Shown: positions 1-11,753, counted from the stretch's first letter. The stretch: DNA of 64,000 nucleotides from Eledone cirrhosa (GCA_964016885.1 OZ024762.1:3720001-3784000); one strand, 5' to 3'. The notes: generated by a model not told the origin, from the sequence alone. A program made the numbers and translations.

Positions 1-868
1 CCTCTGTTAACTGTAGCAGACACCTGCCTCTGTTAACTGTAGCAGACACCTGCCTCTGTTAACTGTAGCAGACACCTTCCTCTGTTAACTGTAGCAGACA
101 CCTGCCTCTGTTAACTGTAGCAGACACCTGCCTCTGTTAACTGTAGCAGACACCTGCCTCTGTTAACTGTAGCAGACACCTTCCTCTGTTAACTGTAGCA
201 GACACCTGCCTCTGTTAACTGTAGCAGACACCTGCCTCTGTTAACTGTAGCAGACACCTTCCTCTGTTAACTGTAGCAGACACCTGCCTCTGTTAACTGT
301 AGCAGACACCTGCCTCTGTTAACTGTAGCAGACACCTGCCTCTGTTAACTGTAGCAGACACCTTCCTCTGTTAACTGTAGCAGACACCTGCCTCTGTTAA
401 CTGTAGCAGACACCTTCCTCTGTTAACTGTAGCAGACACCTGCCTCTGTTAACTGTAGCAGACACCTGCCTCTGTTAACTGTAGCAGACACCTGCCTCTG
501 TTAACTGTAGCAGACACCTTCCTCTGTTAACTGTAGCAGACACCTGCCTCTGTTAACTGAAGCAGACACCTGCCTCTGTTAACTGTAGCAGACACCTGCC
601 TCTGTTAACTGTAGCAGATACCTGCCTCTGTTAACTGTAGCAGACACCTGCCTCTGTTAACTGTAGCAGACACCTGCCTCTGTTAACTGTAGCAGACACC
701 TGCCTCTGTTAACTGTAGCAGATACCTGCCTCTGTTAACTGTAGCAGACACCTTCCTCTGTTAACTGTAGCAGACACCTGCCTCTGTTAACTGTAGCAGA
801 CACCTGCCTCTCTTAACTGTAGCAGACACCTGCCTCTGTTAACTGTAGCAGACACCTCTCTCTGTTAA
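1..868. repeat. Minisatellite, 26-bp unit CCTCTGTTAACTGTAGCAGACACCTG, about 33 copies, runs off the window start
   Basis: Directly visible near-perfect tandem array with recurring CCTT/CCTG and GAT/GAC variants. Confidence 0.98.
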
Positions 869-1091
869 CCCTTTAGCAACTACAGTACTCTATATTTACT
901 ATTATATTTTCATAGTAAACGCTTTATCTCATAATTATCTCACATGATATCGAATCTGTGAGATTTTGATATTATTTATTTTGAGAACAATACCTTAACA
1001 TCAGTATGGGAGGCCAGTTATGGCCGGTTTGAACAGAAAGAGGTGTGAGAATTCTGGCCAGTTATGGCCGGCTTAAATGCTAAAGGGTTAA
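865..1091. mobile_element. Non-autonomous piggyBac-like MITE (~225 bp); further copies at ~5835-6053, 20369-20594, 27807-28013, 31781-31910, 55100-55590, 57190-57400, 61845-62057, 63236-63367
   Basis: TTAA-CCCTTTAGCA...TGCTAAAGGG-TTAA: TTAA target duplication plus CCC/GGG-ended TIRs, typical of piggyBac; internal sequence shared among copies. Confidence 0.8.
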
Positions 1092-1156
1092 TTGTGTAAT
1101 GTAAACCTGCCTCTCTTAATTGCAGCTGTCATTAATGTAACCAAATGTTGTTTTAG

Positions 1157-1239
1157 AACTGAAAAAGAAGAAAACACCTAAAGAAGTTAGAATATTCTAG
1201 AAACTCAGTGAAAAAAAAAGGCAGAAGTCCCACATTTTG
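1157..1239 (+). other. Candidate 5'UTR exon of the THEG-like gene
   Basis: ttttag|...|gtaatt boundaries, non-repetitive, no ATG, stops in all three frames; no transcript evidence. Confidence 0.25.
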
Positions 1240-1396
1240 GTAATTAGTGTCTATATATTTTTTTAAAATTTACTTCATCTAAACAAGGCAATAAAGCCTC
1301 TAAAATACAAGGGGTTACTGAGAAGGGAGAAGGATAAGACAAGAGAACATAATACAAGGAGAGACATGACGATTGATATTGGTTTTGAAATATATA

Positions 1397-1495
1397 CAGG
1401 GTGTCCCCCAAAAATGTATACACACTTTGATTACCTGTACCGGCAATATTTATAAGAATGCTGTTGAAGTATGTATACATTTTTGGGACACCCTG
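1397..1495. mobile_element. Tc1/mariner-type MITE (~100 bp, CAGGGTG TIR, TA flanks); relatives at ~22394-22557, 23127-23228, 56880-56980
   Basis: TA-CAGGGTGTCCC...GGGACACCCTG-TA terminal inverted repeats. Confidence 0.8.
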
Positions 1496-1807
1496 TATAT
1501 ATATATATATATATATACATATATATTACTCAGCCCAGCGAGGCATTAGAGCCACTAAAATGCAAGGGTTACTGAGATGAGAGAAGGACAAGACAAAGAG
1601 AACATAAAACAAGGAGAGATAACAATTGATATAGTTTATGAAATATATATGTGCTAAACCCATGCTAGCATGGAAGATAGACGTATGATGATGATGATGA
1701 TGATATGTTTATCGTATATCAAAGATTTTTTATATCCTGGCTGATATTTGATAATATATTATGTTAACCTTCATAGTAAATATTTTTTGACATCACTTTT
1801 TCTCCAC

Positions 1808-2070
1808 ATCATCATCACCGTTTTACGTCGATGTCTCCATGCTAGTATGGGTTAGACAGGTTGTCCTGTTGTGGGCAATGCCAAGTCAGATGACCATGTC
1901 TTGCTCATACAGGACTGATTTTGGCTCGGTTTCTACAGCTGGATGCTCTTCCTAACACCAACCTCATTTACAGTAAGTACTGGGTGCTTTTTTACCATGC
2001 CGCCTTCACGACCACTTTACAGTGTGGACTGGGTGCTTTTTGTCATGACACCTACATGACCACTTTACAG
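1808..2070 (-). mobile_element. Abundant SINE-like dispersed repeat with AGGAAGGGCATCCAGCTGTAGAAAC core, ~43-bp internal subrepeats and (GAT)n tail; other copies ~13030-13250, 16710-17000, 32690-33100, 36560-36810, 45430-45670, 56050-56310, 57960-58120
   Basis: Same core, ACTGTAAAGTGG subrepeats and CATGCTAGCATGG..GACGTTAAA(TGA)n end recur many times on both strands. Confidence 0.7.
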
Positions 2071-2074
2071 CGGG

Positions 2075-2370
2075 AGGGGCATGAGGCCATATTGTCTATA
2101 TGCTTCAGCTTGTACCTGTGGGAACTCGGGTCTTTTGTATTACTGCGTAATGCTAGAGGTCTCGGTCCTTGTCACTGCCTTTGAGAGGCGCAATTGGGCA
2201 AGGTCGGTTTTTATCACCTCATTTAAGGTCTTCTTGGGTCGCCCCACTCCAAGGCTTCCATTGACTTTTAGTGCTCTGCACCTTTTTATGCAACTGTCAT
2301 CCTTCATACACATCACATGTCCATACCAACACAATCTACTCTCCTGCACACAACATTTGATTCCTCTTCA
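2075..2370 (-). mobile_element. RTE-clade LINE 3' fragment
   Basis: Translation RLCWYGHVMCMKDD...GRPKKT matches the RTE ORF C-terminal (R)L.W.GHV.R / GRP.K.W motifs. Confidence 0.8.
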
Positions 2371-2387
2371 TTCGTTTAATCACTATT

Positions 2388-2632
2388 TGCCAATTGCTAG
2401 TATATTTATTACCAATTGCTAGTATGTGTATTACCAATTGCTAGTATGTGTATTACCAATTGCTAGTATGTGTATTCAGAGACAGATTTCATAGGTCATT
2501 TTGCTATAATCACTTAATAATTATTGAAAGCTGTAAATGTAATATGACCAGCTTGGACTCAAATTGCATTTTCTGACCATTTTAGAGTGCAAACAGCTAA
2601 ACTAATCATTACAACTAAATTGACCAAATTTG
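2388..2632 (-). repeat. Dispersed repeat with a short 22-bp tandem array; inverted near-identical copy at 47208-47852
   Basis: About 150 bp of unique sequence plus TACACATACTAGCAATTGGTAA units match 47208-47420 in reverse complement. Confidence 0.85.
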
Positions 2633-3149
2633 GCCCTCCCCAATTCAGAAATGCTTCCACCTCCACCATCCCTGATGTATTAATCAGCCCAAGCAAGGCA
2701 ATAAAGTCACTAAAATGCAAGGAGTCACTGAGAAGGGACAAAGACATGACAGAGAGAACATAATTCATCATCATTGTTGATTAACGGCTATCTTCCACGC
2801 CAGCATGGGTTAGACAGGTTTGTCCCAATTAGAGGAAAGCAGCAGGAAATACAGTATTATATCCTATATTTCTGTAAAGTTTTAGGGTGTGATTTGAGGG
2901 AGAATTGGCCATTATTTCTAGCCAGCTTCTAACTTCTTCTGCTTTGTCTCTCCCATTGTCAACTCTGACCCAATGTGTCAACTTTGACCCAGTATGTCAA
3001 CTTTGACACAGTATGTCAACTTTGACACAGTATGTCAACTCTGACCCAGTACCTAAAAACTATGTCACCCCCCTCCTCATGTCTGTACAAAATTAATATC
3101 TTAAATTATTTGTTTGTTTTACTTTAAAACAGAACCTCACCAGTTAATT

Positions 3150-3880
3150 ATTCACACAACAGTAATATATATATACACAAGCAGCAAATTATACACCCAG
3201 CAGTAATATATACACACAAGCAGCAAATTACACACTGCAGTAATATATATACATATCAACAGCGAATTATACACACAGCAGTGAGGTATATACATCAGCA
3301 GTGAATTATACACACAACAGTGAGGTATATACACCAGCAGTGAGGTATATACACCAGCAGTGAACTATATACACAACAGTGAGCTACCTACACCAGCTAC
3401 AAGATATATATACACACAACAGTGAGGTATATACACCAGTTATAAGATATATACACCAGCTACAAGATATATACACCAGCAGTGAACTAATTATACACAC
3501 AACAGTGAGGTATATACACCAGTTATAAGATATATACACCAGCAGTGAACTAATTATACACAACAGTGAGGTATATACACCAGTTATAAGATATATACAC
3601 CAGCAGTGAACTATATACATCAGCTACAAGATATATACACCAGCAGTGAACTAATTATACACACAACAGTGAGGTATATACACCAGCAGTGAACTAATTA
3701 TACACAACAGTGAGCTACATACACCAGCTACAAGATATATATACACACAACAGTGAGGTATATACACCAGCTACAAGATATATACACCAGCAGTGAACTA
3801 ATTATACACACAACAGTGAGGTATATAGACCAACAGTGAATTATACACACAGTAGTAGTGAAGTATATATACCAGCATCG
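3150..3880. repeat. Complex tandem repeat built of ~19-24-bp modules (TATACACCAGCAGTGA / ACACAACAGTGAGG / CTACAAGATA)
   Basis: Directly visible shuffled modules. Confidence 0.9.
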
Positions 3881-3908
3881 ATTTATAAACCACCAGTAAA
3901 TTATAATC

Positions 3909-3912
3909 ATGG
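3909..3912 (+). CDS. THEG: Probable first coding bases (ATG G) of the THEG-like gene
   Basis: ataatcATGG|gtaagt: A at -3, G at +4, consensus donor, in-frame stop just upstream. Phase 1 matches the next exon, giving M-A-I-S-S-R-L. Confidence 0.5.
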
Positions 3913-3962
3913 GTAAGTTAATCGTGACAGCTTTTTTACTATTTTTTATTCAACCATTTACA

Positions 3963-4556
3963 TGTGTTCACTGTTAACCTATTGTAAACTGAACTGTCTT
4001 TAATCCTGTGTTCACTGTTAACCTATTGTAAACTGAGCTGTCTTTAATCCTGTGTTCACTGTTAACCTATTGTAAACTGAGCTGTCTTTAATCCTGTGTT
4101 CACTGTTAACCTATTGTAAACTGAGCTGTCTTTAATCCTGTGTTCACTGTTAACCTATTGTAAACTGAACTGTCTTTAATCCTGTGTTCACTGTTAACCT
4201 ATTGTAAACTGAACTGTCTTTAATCCTGTGTTCACTGTTAACCTATTGTAAACTGAGCTGTCTTTAATCCTGTGTTCACTGTTAACCTATTGTAAACTGA
4301 GCTGTCTTTAATCCTGCGTTCAGTTAACCTATTGTAAACTGAGCTGTCTTTAATCCTGCGTTCAGTTAACCTATTGTAAACTGAGCTGTCTTTAATCCTG
4401 CGTTCAGTTAACCTATTGTAAACTGAGCTGTCTTTAATCCTGCGTTCACTGTTAACCTATTGTAAACTGAACTGTCTTTAATCCTGCGTTCACTGTTAAC
4501 CTATTGTAAACTGAACTGTCTTTAATCCTGTGTTCACTGTTAACCTATTGTAAACA
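3963..4556. repeat. Minisatellite, 44-bp unit TGTGTTCACTGTTAACCTATTGTAAACTGAGCTGTCTTTAATCC, about 13 copies
   Basis: Directly visible. Confidence 0.97.
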
Positions 4557-4619
4557 GCTGTGATATATCTTTGATCATGTCTTAGGTTCTTCTGCAGTAA
4601 GTAGTTGCCAACAATCACA

Positions 4620-5070
4620 ATCAGTGACAGCTTTTTCGTGTCTGTGCCAAGTGATGTTGGCTGCCATCAGGTGTTTTCGGATTATTCGTCGCCAGGTGAT
4701 CATGAGGCAACCCTACTTCCCTTTGCTGTTAGGTGAATCCAGTTCATTACTGTTTTCGAGTGTTGTTCATTGGGCAGGCGCAGAATATGGCCTGCCAGGC
4801 TCACTGGTGCTCTGTGACCATTCTCTGCAGCGTCCACGACTCGACTCTCTGCAGGATTTCCTTGATTCACACTCGGTCACGCGAGAACACAAAGGATCAT
4901 TTGCAGGCACCGCTGGTGATGCAGCCATCTCTCTATCTTTGCCGTGCTCTTCCAGGTTTTGCTCACGTAAAGCACTGTCGGCAACACGATGCTCTTGTAC
5001 AGGCGCAGCTTGATCCTGGTGCTGATGTATGAAGACGACCACACTGGAAAGCTGCAGATCATGTGCAGGC
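4620..5070 (-). mobile_element. RTE (BovB-like) LINE 3' fragment, frameshifted
   Basis: ISTRIKLRLYKSIVLPTVLYVSKTW...LHHQRCLQMIL resembles the RTE RT C-terminal TK...Y...VL..LLYG.E.W...FH.RCLR.IL. Confidence 0.8.
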
Positions 5071-5072
5071 TT

Positions 5073-5278
5073 AAAATGCTCTAGAAATGATGTGCCTCTA
5101 TAGTGCCCCTACGACTCTATTAGGAGTTATGGAACCATAAAATGCTCTAGAAATGATGTGCCTCTATAGTGCCCCTACGACTCTATTAGGAGTTATGGAA
5201 CCATAAAATGCTCTAGAAATGATGTGCCTCTATGACTCTATTAGGAGTTATGGGACCATGAAATACTCTAGAAATGCT
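5073..5278. repeat. Tandem repeat, 66-bp unit, about 3 copies
   Basis: AAAATGCTCTAGAAATGATGTGCCTCTAT... repeated. Confidence 0.9.
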
Positions 5279-5365
5279 ATCTGGCTCTATTGTATAGGAC
5301 CATACATGTTGTAAGCAGCTGTGATTTATCTTTAATCCTGTATTCCGTCTGTTTTCAATCTACAG

Positions 5366-5432
5366 CGATATCTAGCAGGCTTATGGCTTTGTCTCAGTCC
5401 AAACAAGTGCATTCCAAATACAATCCACCCAG
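5366..5432 (+). CDS. THEG: THEG/SPMAP2-like protein, internal exon (ISSRLMALSQSKQVHSKYNPPR)
   Basis: ttttcaatctacag| and |gtaggt boundaries; RL..LS..K..H THEG-repeat motif; splices in frame to 7098. Confidence 0.75.
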
Positions 5433-6099
5433 GTAGGTTTGCTGGTTGTCCATCCTAACCCCACTAACACCCCTTCACTTCCCATGCAACGTTGCACATC
5501 ACACACACGCATCATGCAACTGCCCTTTCATTTACAGAGAGAAAACTTTAGTTGTCGTCAGAGGTAGTTATTTTTCTATCCTGTTCTTATTCTAGCTACT
5601 ATGCTCTCCATTGCTAACTATACAACCTAGGTAGTAGAAGCTATTAACTACTTCTATGGATCCTTCCTAGGATTGGGAACAGTTTATTTCACTGATTCTC
5701 TTACTACTAGCTATCCCTGTACATCTGCAACATACAGTCTACCTTTTCTGTTAGTCTGTCAGCTATCCCACTTCACCTCGTCTAACTAAGATTTACATGT
5801 CTTGTAGAGTTTCTAACTACTCCTCTTCTACATATTAACCCTTTAGCATTAAAACTGGTCATATCCGGCCAGAATTCTCTCATCTCTTTCTGTTCAAACT
5901 GGCTACTCATACTGACATTAATGTATTGTTCTCAAAATAAATAATATCAAAATCTTATAGATTCGATATTATGTGTGATAATTATGTAAGGTAAAGCCTT
6001 TCCCACAAAAATACAATAGTATATATAGGATAATGTAAATACTGAAGGGTTAAGCAATACCACTTCCCTTAAGGAATCGGGGTCTTCTCTCCTTTCTTA

Positions 6100-6810
6100 C
6101 TAAAATGTTAGTTTTTCCAAAGCTGGAATTTCTTTTCTAGCTCTTCTACTAATTCAACTATAAGAACCAGATCATCAGCATATAGAAGTTCCCATGGGCA
6201 GCCAGTCTTAAACTCCTCTGTTCCTGGAGAATTATAATAAACAGCAATGGGCTGAGGACTAAGCTCTCAAGAACATCTACCTGTACCTTGAATTCCTCAC
6301 TAAACTCACTTCTTGCTTTCATTTTACCAACAGCTCCTCTGTACATAGCTTACACTGCTCTCACAAACCATTCTTCTACACCTAGTTTCCTTAAGGACCA
6401 CCAGATGGCAGATCATGGTACCCTGTCAAAGGCCTTTTCCATATCAACGAAAGCTAAATATAATGATTTATTCTTAGCTAGGAACTTCTCTTGTAGTTGC
6501 CTCACTAAGAAAGGGGTGTGTGTGGCTTCTCCTTGGCACAAAGCTGAACTACATCTCATCTCATTTAATTCTTTCTCTAATTAGCTGTGCTATAATTATG
6601 TCACTTTCATAACTTGCTCCATCAGCTCAATGGCCCTTCCTTGTGCTTCGCCTTTTCTCTTATAACAATTAATGAGTATAGTGCTGCACCAGTTATTAGG
6701 TATGAACCCATCATGTGTTACCTGATGGATTATGCAAGTAACTGTTTTCACTCCTACTTCCCTACAAAATGTCAGCATCTCAGTGACTATTTCTGACAAG
6801 CAGCTTTACT
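6100..6810 (-). mobile_element. RTE-clade LINE reverse-transcriptase remnant (degenerate)
   Basis: Fragments LYLAFVDMEKAFDRVP, VLSPLLFIII, WELLYADDL; related fragments at ~36150-36460, 52240-52400, 53040-53480, 62590-62810. Confidence 0.85.
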
Positions 6811-6934
6811 GTTTCTTTAAGCTGTTAAAAAAAGATCTATTTCTCCTTACACTTCACTTTTTCTGTTCAATAATTTTGCATTTCTTTAAATACACCCACT
6901 GTATTTATTCTAAACTAGGCACACGATGATATAT

Positions 6935-7061
6935 ACCCACTGTAGCTATTATAAACTAGGTACACAAAGATATACCTACTGTAGCTATTATAAACTAGGT
7001 ACACAAAGATATACCTACTGTAGCTATTATAAACTAGGTACACAAAGATATACCCACTGTA
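6935..7061. repeat. Tandem repeat, 39-bp unit, about 3 copies, just upstream of the THEG last-exon acceptor
   Basis: ACTGTAGCTATTATAAACTAGGTACACAAAGATATACC repeated. Confidence 0.9.
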
Positions 7062-7097
7062 AAACTGCCTAATTTACTTTGATTGTATTTCTTTCAG

Positions 7098-7629
7098 AGA
7101 CTCTCCCGTTTGGACGGTACCCAAGGGTGCCCTGAAGGCTCAGTGTACACCAAGACTACTTAGTCTTTCAATTTCAAAGAAATGTCATCCATTATTTGTG
7201 GGGTCAAAACCTGTGCAAAGTCAAGTCCCACTGTCAGCTAGAAATGTTAAACCATCCCCTCGTACACTTGTTCTTGCTGCGCCATTGCCACGCAAGGTCA
7301 CTTGTAAACTCGAGGAATACCAAAAACGCAAGTTATATGAAATAAAGCATGCTTCCATTACATCAGCTATGTATCCAAGACTGGAAAAATTAGCCATTAG
7401 CAAGTCGTTACATCCAAGTTTCATACCCAATCAACCGATCCAGCGTCTCATCAGCAAAGCAACACTGAGTGCCATACCATCACAGAGAGTGGTTGAACTA
7501 AGCACTCCACTGTCTCGTAAAATGATCAAAAACACTTTCAATCCTTACCAAGTGAATCCAGCCACACAAAACGTAGTCCCAACTGATCGGATCTTGGAAC
7601 TTGCCAAACCAAAGAAAAATTTCCTTTAA
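7098..7629 (+). CDS. THEG: THEG/SPMAP2-like (testicular haploid expressed gene repeat) protein, last coding exon; full model about 200 aa
   Basis: tttcag| acceptor; DSPVWTVPKGALKAQCTPRLLSLS.SK, SPRTLVLAAP, PRLEKLA.SK, SQRVVELSTP, TDRILELAKPKK are repeated R...LA.PK THEG motifs; TAA at 7627-7629; AATAAA at ~7642 and ~7798. THEG versus THEGL is not resolvable. Confidence 0.8.
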
Positions 7630-8029
7630 GTTCAGTAATTAAATAAACAAACAACAATAACAAAGAAAGAAATTAAGCAAGAAAGAAAGCAACAAACAAA
7701 CAAAACCCCTTTCTTTTCTTCTGCATATTTCGAGTCTAGAAATTTTTGGATTTTCAATTTTCCTTCTTTTTTTCTCCAAAAAGAAAAAAAAAAAAGAAAT
7801 AAATAAATAGGTGTCAGAGAAGAAATTTCTGAAAGGTAATAAATAAGAAAAAGATATAAATTTGAAGAAAAGAAAATAAAAATAAAAAAAGGAAATGAAA
7901 ATTAAATGAATAATTGTGTCTTAGTGAATTATTTCAAAAGAAACTGTTAGAAACAGGTTCATCATCATTATTATCATTATTGTTGTTATCACCATCATTG
8001 CCACAAAAAGTATATATATGTATATATAT

Positions 8030-8230
8030 AATTACATAATAAATAGCACAATATAATTATTCCATTACCAAGATTTCAGGAGATCCAGCTTGTTCATAAG
8101 ATGAAATAGTTATCTATTATAGATACCTTTTTTCATCTGATGAATGAGCTGGACATTTCTGTAAGGATCATCTAGTCTCCTGAAACCTTTGGCAATGGAA
8201 TAATTATATTGTGTTGTTTATTATGTAATT
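8030..8230. mobile_element. Foldback element with a degenerate hammerhead-ribozyme fold on each strand (Penelope-like terminus)
   Basis: Arms 8030-8106 and 8132-8230 are reverse complements. + strand: TTCAT-CTGATGA...GAAAC-CTTTG-GCA-ATGGAA; - strand: TTCAT-CTTATGA...GAAAT-CTTG-GTA-ATGGAA. Confidence 0.6.
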
Positions 8231-9050
8231 AAATAGCTCTGTACAATACATAGAGCACTCTTCTTTCCTTTACCTTATCTACGGAAATACTTAAAACACA
8301 CACATTCGGATCTAGCTGTCGAAACGGCCAGGGCTCAGCTGTCGGGGTCCTGACTCTTTTCCTATATATATATATAGTTGTCTCCCGGTATTCATGGGGG
8401 TTACGTTCATACAGTACCCACGAAGAGTTAAAAGCCGCGAATATTGGACGTGGTCCATAAAAATGCCTACAAAATATAATCTGTCCATCAGGAGACCAGT
8501 TGAATAACTGCCTTGTATCTGTTGTAAGATAGGCAAATGATAGCACACTGAAATGAATATATTACATGTGCTTCCTTGGCATCAAGTGGACGGCAAAGAG
8601 GTGGGTGGGAGAGCTAAAAATAGCTCATCAACTCATTCTAATAAACCAGCTCAACCAAAATAATGGGAGCAGTATATAAAAACAAACAGAGATAAATCAA
8701 AATAAAAACATATGTGAAGACATATGTCTTAGTGATTTGAATATTAGGCTTATAATTGTGAGCTTATGAGTCCGATTCCCGAGTCGGGTGATATTCTTGA
8801 GAAATACACTTCATTTCACATTGCTCCTATTCACTCAGCTGTAAAAATGAGTTGCGACGTCACTAGTGCCAAGCTCTATCAGCCATTGCCTTTCCCTTGG
8901 ATAACATTAGTGGCGTAGAGAGAGGAGACTGGTATGCACGAACCACTGCTGGTCTTCCACAAACGACCTTGTGCCTCGGAGGGAAACTCTCTAGGTGCAA
9001 ATCCCATGGTCATTCGTCACCGAAGGGGGTCTTTATACACCCCTATTGTT

Positions 9051-9230
9051 GGATTGGCAGTATCGGTTGAGCGTTGGACACCATGCTTTGCAGCATAGAG
9101 TTACGACCCTTTATGATCTGAGTTCAAATCCTGCCGGGGTTAACTTTGCCTTTCATCCTTACGGGGTCGATAAAATAAAGTACCTGTAATGCGGCAATTG
9201 CTGGCCTTTTGCCAAAAGTAGAAATAATTA
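9051..9230 (+). mobile_element. SINE family B (GGATTGGCAGTATCGG...GAGTTCAAATCC...GGGGTCGATAAAATAAAGTACC); copies ~28510-28693, 41190-41370, 45790-45960, 47970-48182, 49480-49690, 61515-61725
   Basis: Pol III A-box-like TGGCAGTATCGG and B-box GAGTTCAAATCC; many copies on both strands. Confidence 0.8.
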
Positions 9231-9714
9231 TATAATGTAACGCAAGTTATTCCCCTTCAAAATCTGATCAGTATAAAAGGGAAATAACTTGACTTCCAGT
9301 GAGCACATTTCACTTCCACTTGGGTAATTAAATTACTGTATATACTCCAATATAAGCCAAGGAATATGTGACCCAAAAAAAATCGATGGTAAAATGGAGG
9401 GGTGTCGGCTTATATACACCATCTAAACAATGAGTTGATTAGCTGCCTCAGCTAGTAAATGGAGTTTGGACTTTTGCCCATTTCTCAGACATAGAATAGC
9501 AGTAAATATCGAGTATATACGTTTTGTATGTTGTGTTCATAATTGACGAATGGAGAGATGCTGCACTGAAGCAAGGAAAAGCGGATGTAAAATGATGACG
9601 ATGATGATACATTTCTACAGCTGAGTGAACTGGAGCAGCGTGAAATAAAGTGTCTTGCTCAAGGACACAACACAAAGCATGGTGTAATAGGGGTGTATAT
9701 GAAAAGTCTAAAGT

Positions 9715-9992
9715 GTAAAGTTTGTCTTAAGCCAGAAGACTCATTTGGCTGGTGCTTATCCTGGTTTCATGGTGTGAAGCGACTGAGAATACAAGACTCC
9801 CCCCTGGACAGGACGCCAGTCCATCGCAGGGTTAAACTTCCAGCTATTGCTGGTACTCATTTTCAGCTCAGTATACTGGAGTAATGTGAAATGAAGTGTT
9901 TTGCTCAAGAACACAACATCAACCCAGGAATCGAACCCACAATATTATGATTGTAAGTCCAACACCCTTGCCACTAGGCCACGTGCCTCCAC
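9715..9992 (-). mobile_element. tRNA-derived SINE family A; copies ~8715-9045, 11770-12040, 25372-25625, 32090-32365, 35167-35460, 35640-35915, 51722-51990
   Basis: A-box TGGCCTAGTGG, B-box GGTTCGATTCC, then TTGTGTTCTTGAGCAAAACACTT core and CCTGCGATGGACTGGCGTCC body. Confidence 0.85.
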
Positions 9993-10436
9993 CTGTATAT
10001 GAAAGCATATATGTTTATGTATAATAAACATACAAGGGTCTCATTATGAAGCTTTTTTTAAAGCTGCAATTATGTCACAGCTATCTCAGTAGGGTTGACA
10101 ATGAGCGTCAGCTGTTTCTGGGTTATTATTTGTCATCAGTGACATTTACTTGGTACTGAGACATGAAAAGGCCAAAACCTATATGACACTTTCGCTGGTA
10201 ATGCACATTTGTATATATTGACTGGTTAAAGGGAGGTAATTAGCAGTGGCACTAACAGCATGGTTCATCATAGGGTGTATATGAAAGTATATATAAAGTA
10301 TTTACATATATATATTAATGAGGTAGAGGATCGATTGCAAGCTCAAGTGGTTTCAGCTAGTAACTTCTTTCTAGTCTTCACCAGGACAGTATCTCAAATT
10401 TAAGGAGAGGGAAGTAGAAGATATATAAATATACAT

Positions 10437-10509
<73 letters not shown>

Positions 10510-10511
<2 letters not shown>

Positions 10512-10870
10512 AAGTTTTATTTAAATTGTTGGGTTAACAACGAGTAAATATTTATAACTGATATAAAAGCACTCAACAAGTATTTGGAGTATATTTACGA
10601 TATTAAATAAATGGAAACTATATTTATAAAACCATATTTATTTCATTATATATATTTCAGGGATATCATATTAAAAATATGTTATGCCTAAATCAACTTT
10701 TCAAATAGAAGTCGATGTTGAAAGGTATGTCGAATCTATCTATTTATAAGACTGTTTATATTGTATTTTGTCTGAAGAAGGCATAACATATTTTTAATAT
10801 GATATCCCTGAAATATATATAATGAAATAAATATGGTTTTATAAATATAGTTTCCATTTATTTAATATCG

Positions 10871-10872
<2 letters not shown>
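10510..10872. mobile_element. Foldback element in (TA)n with ~93-bp perfect inverted arms; same family as 39522-39955
   Basis: 10597-10689 is the reverse complement of 10779-10872; family sequence shared with the 39.5-kb copy. Confidence 0.85.
10764..10829 (+). ncRNA. Candidate minimal type-I hammerhead ribozyme
   Basis: TATTTTGT-CTGAAGA-[AGGCATAACATATT ttt AATATGATATCCCT]-GAAA-TATATA-TA-ATGAAATA: intact core and three helices. Folded by eye only. Confidence 0.65.
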
Positions 10873-10898
<26 letters not shown>

Positions 10899-10901
<3 letters not shown>

Positions 10902-11753
10902 GGTGTGGACGATATTTGTTCGCAATTTTCAACTGCTAATTTTATGCAAATTTTTTTTACTTCCGTTGTCACTCTTGTCTTCATAAAAACAGTGACTATA
11001 TTTCCATTATTTATTTTCAGAATAATTGATTATGAATAATTTTGAACCTCCAAATTTGTGGAAGAGACTTCTTGGAATCCGCGCCGGGAGGACAAATAAG
11101 GCAAGAAGATCAACTCCAAAGACGTGCCCAGAGTCATGCAGACAAAGTTTCCAGCGACAACATTGGTCTTAGGTGTCGTCAGCAGTCAAGGTGACGTCAT
11201 GCCACCTCACTACTTCCCTGAGGGCCTTAAGCTGAACACCGATGGCTACATTCGCGTTCTGAACGAGGTAGTAAAGCGCTGGATCGACCATGTAGATGCA
11301 GGTAGGCCGTACTTGTGGCAGCAAGACTCAGCGTCCTGCCATACCAGCCGAAAGACCCAAGCCTGGCTGTCAGAGAACTTCGTCGACCACACTTCACCTG
11401 ACATCTGGCCTCTCCCAGCTCGCCTAACTGCAACCCCCTCGACTTCTTTGTGTGGGGCACAGTGGAATGAGACACCAACAGATCTAGTTGCAATACGAAA
11501 GACGATCTGAAGGCCAGGATCACAGGTGCCTTTAGGGGTCTAAGTCAGGGGACAGTGACGAAGGCCTGTAGCCGGTTCCGAGGCCGCCTTGAGGCCGTCA
11601 TCAAAGCCAATGGCCGGTTTATCGAGTGAGATTGAAAGAACAAGTCATGAAGACAAACTGACCCAAGTTTGATAAATATATCTTAAAAAATAAAACTACT
11701 GTGTTATTTTTTCCTAGACAGTAATCTTGCAAACAAATATCGTCTGCACCCTG
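10899..11753 (+). mobile_element. Internally deleted Tc1/mariner (maT/DD37D-like) DNA transposon with frameshifted transposase C-terminus
   Basis: TA-CAGGGTGTGGACGATATTTGTT / AACAAATATCGTCTGCACCCTG-TA TIRs; peptide KFPATTLVLGVVSSQGDVMPPHYF...WQQDSASCH...W-P..SP.CNPLDFFVWG. Confidence 0.9.

Noticed and set aside
1-868. CRISPR-like regular repeats (also 3963-4556 and 49950-51303)
   Set aside because: Head-to-tail units with no unique spacers, no cas genes, eukaryotic context
5538-5563. Possible microexon in the THEG-like intron (tttacag|...|gtagtt)
   Set aside because: The 26-nt version shifts frame; the in-frame 24-nt version needs a weak GAG acceptor; no support without RNA data
11124-11510. 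Functional transposase gene
   Set aside because: N-terminal part deleted and frameshift before the third catalytic-residue region; remnant only
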